This document shows, one piece after another, positions 63,921 through 64,000 of a DNA stretch of 64,000 nucleotides (positions are counted from its first letter, which is position 1; each line of letters starts with the position of its first letter). The position numbers and the translations under genes are program-made. Source of the stretch: Mobula hypostoma (taxonomy: Eukaryota); the NCBI RefSeq assembly GCF_963921235.1, contig NC_086101.1, positions 7,938,001 to 8,002,000 on the forward strand. Reading direction: 5' to 3'. The notes below the pieces were generated by a model that had not been told where the DNA came from, did no database searches, and saw only the letters and a program-made list of their open reading frames with translations.

Positions 63921-64000
63921 AAACACGAGGAAATCTGCAGATGCTGGAGCTTCAAGCAACACACGTAGAAGTTGCTGGTGAACGCAGCAGGTCAGGCAGC
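63921..64000 (-). mobile_element. Penelope 3' terminus, running off the window
   Basis: AAACACGAGGAAATCTGCAGATGCTGG.. matches 50651 onward. Confidence 0.75.

Overview
Repeat-saturated vertebrate genomic DNA. The repeat spectrum suggests a cartilaginous fish (inference, not proven). The only host gene is a + strand TRIM of the RING/B-box/coiled-coil/PRY-SPRY type. Its five RBCC coding exons (5279-7395) are open with GT-AG junctions. Its PRY-SPRY exon lies about 27 kb downstream (34659-35180) and is frameshifted with a premature stop. Two IRF/ISRE-like motifs sit upstream of the ATG. Most of the rest is transposon-derived: many CR1 LINE fragments, L1 relics, a two-LTR Gmr1-type Gypsy element (integrase before RT, tRNA-Pro-like PBS, 4-bp TSD), a solo LTR, a Nimb/I LINE with RNase H, Rex1, Tc1 and hAT relics, and Penelope elements carrying minimal hammerhead-ribozyme motifs. 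Several nested insertions can be resolved from their TSDs. No prokaryotic features, CRISPR arrays, rRNA or tRNA genes were seen. Family names come from recognised motifs, not database searches, and boundaries of degraded repeats are approximate.
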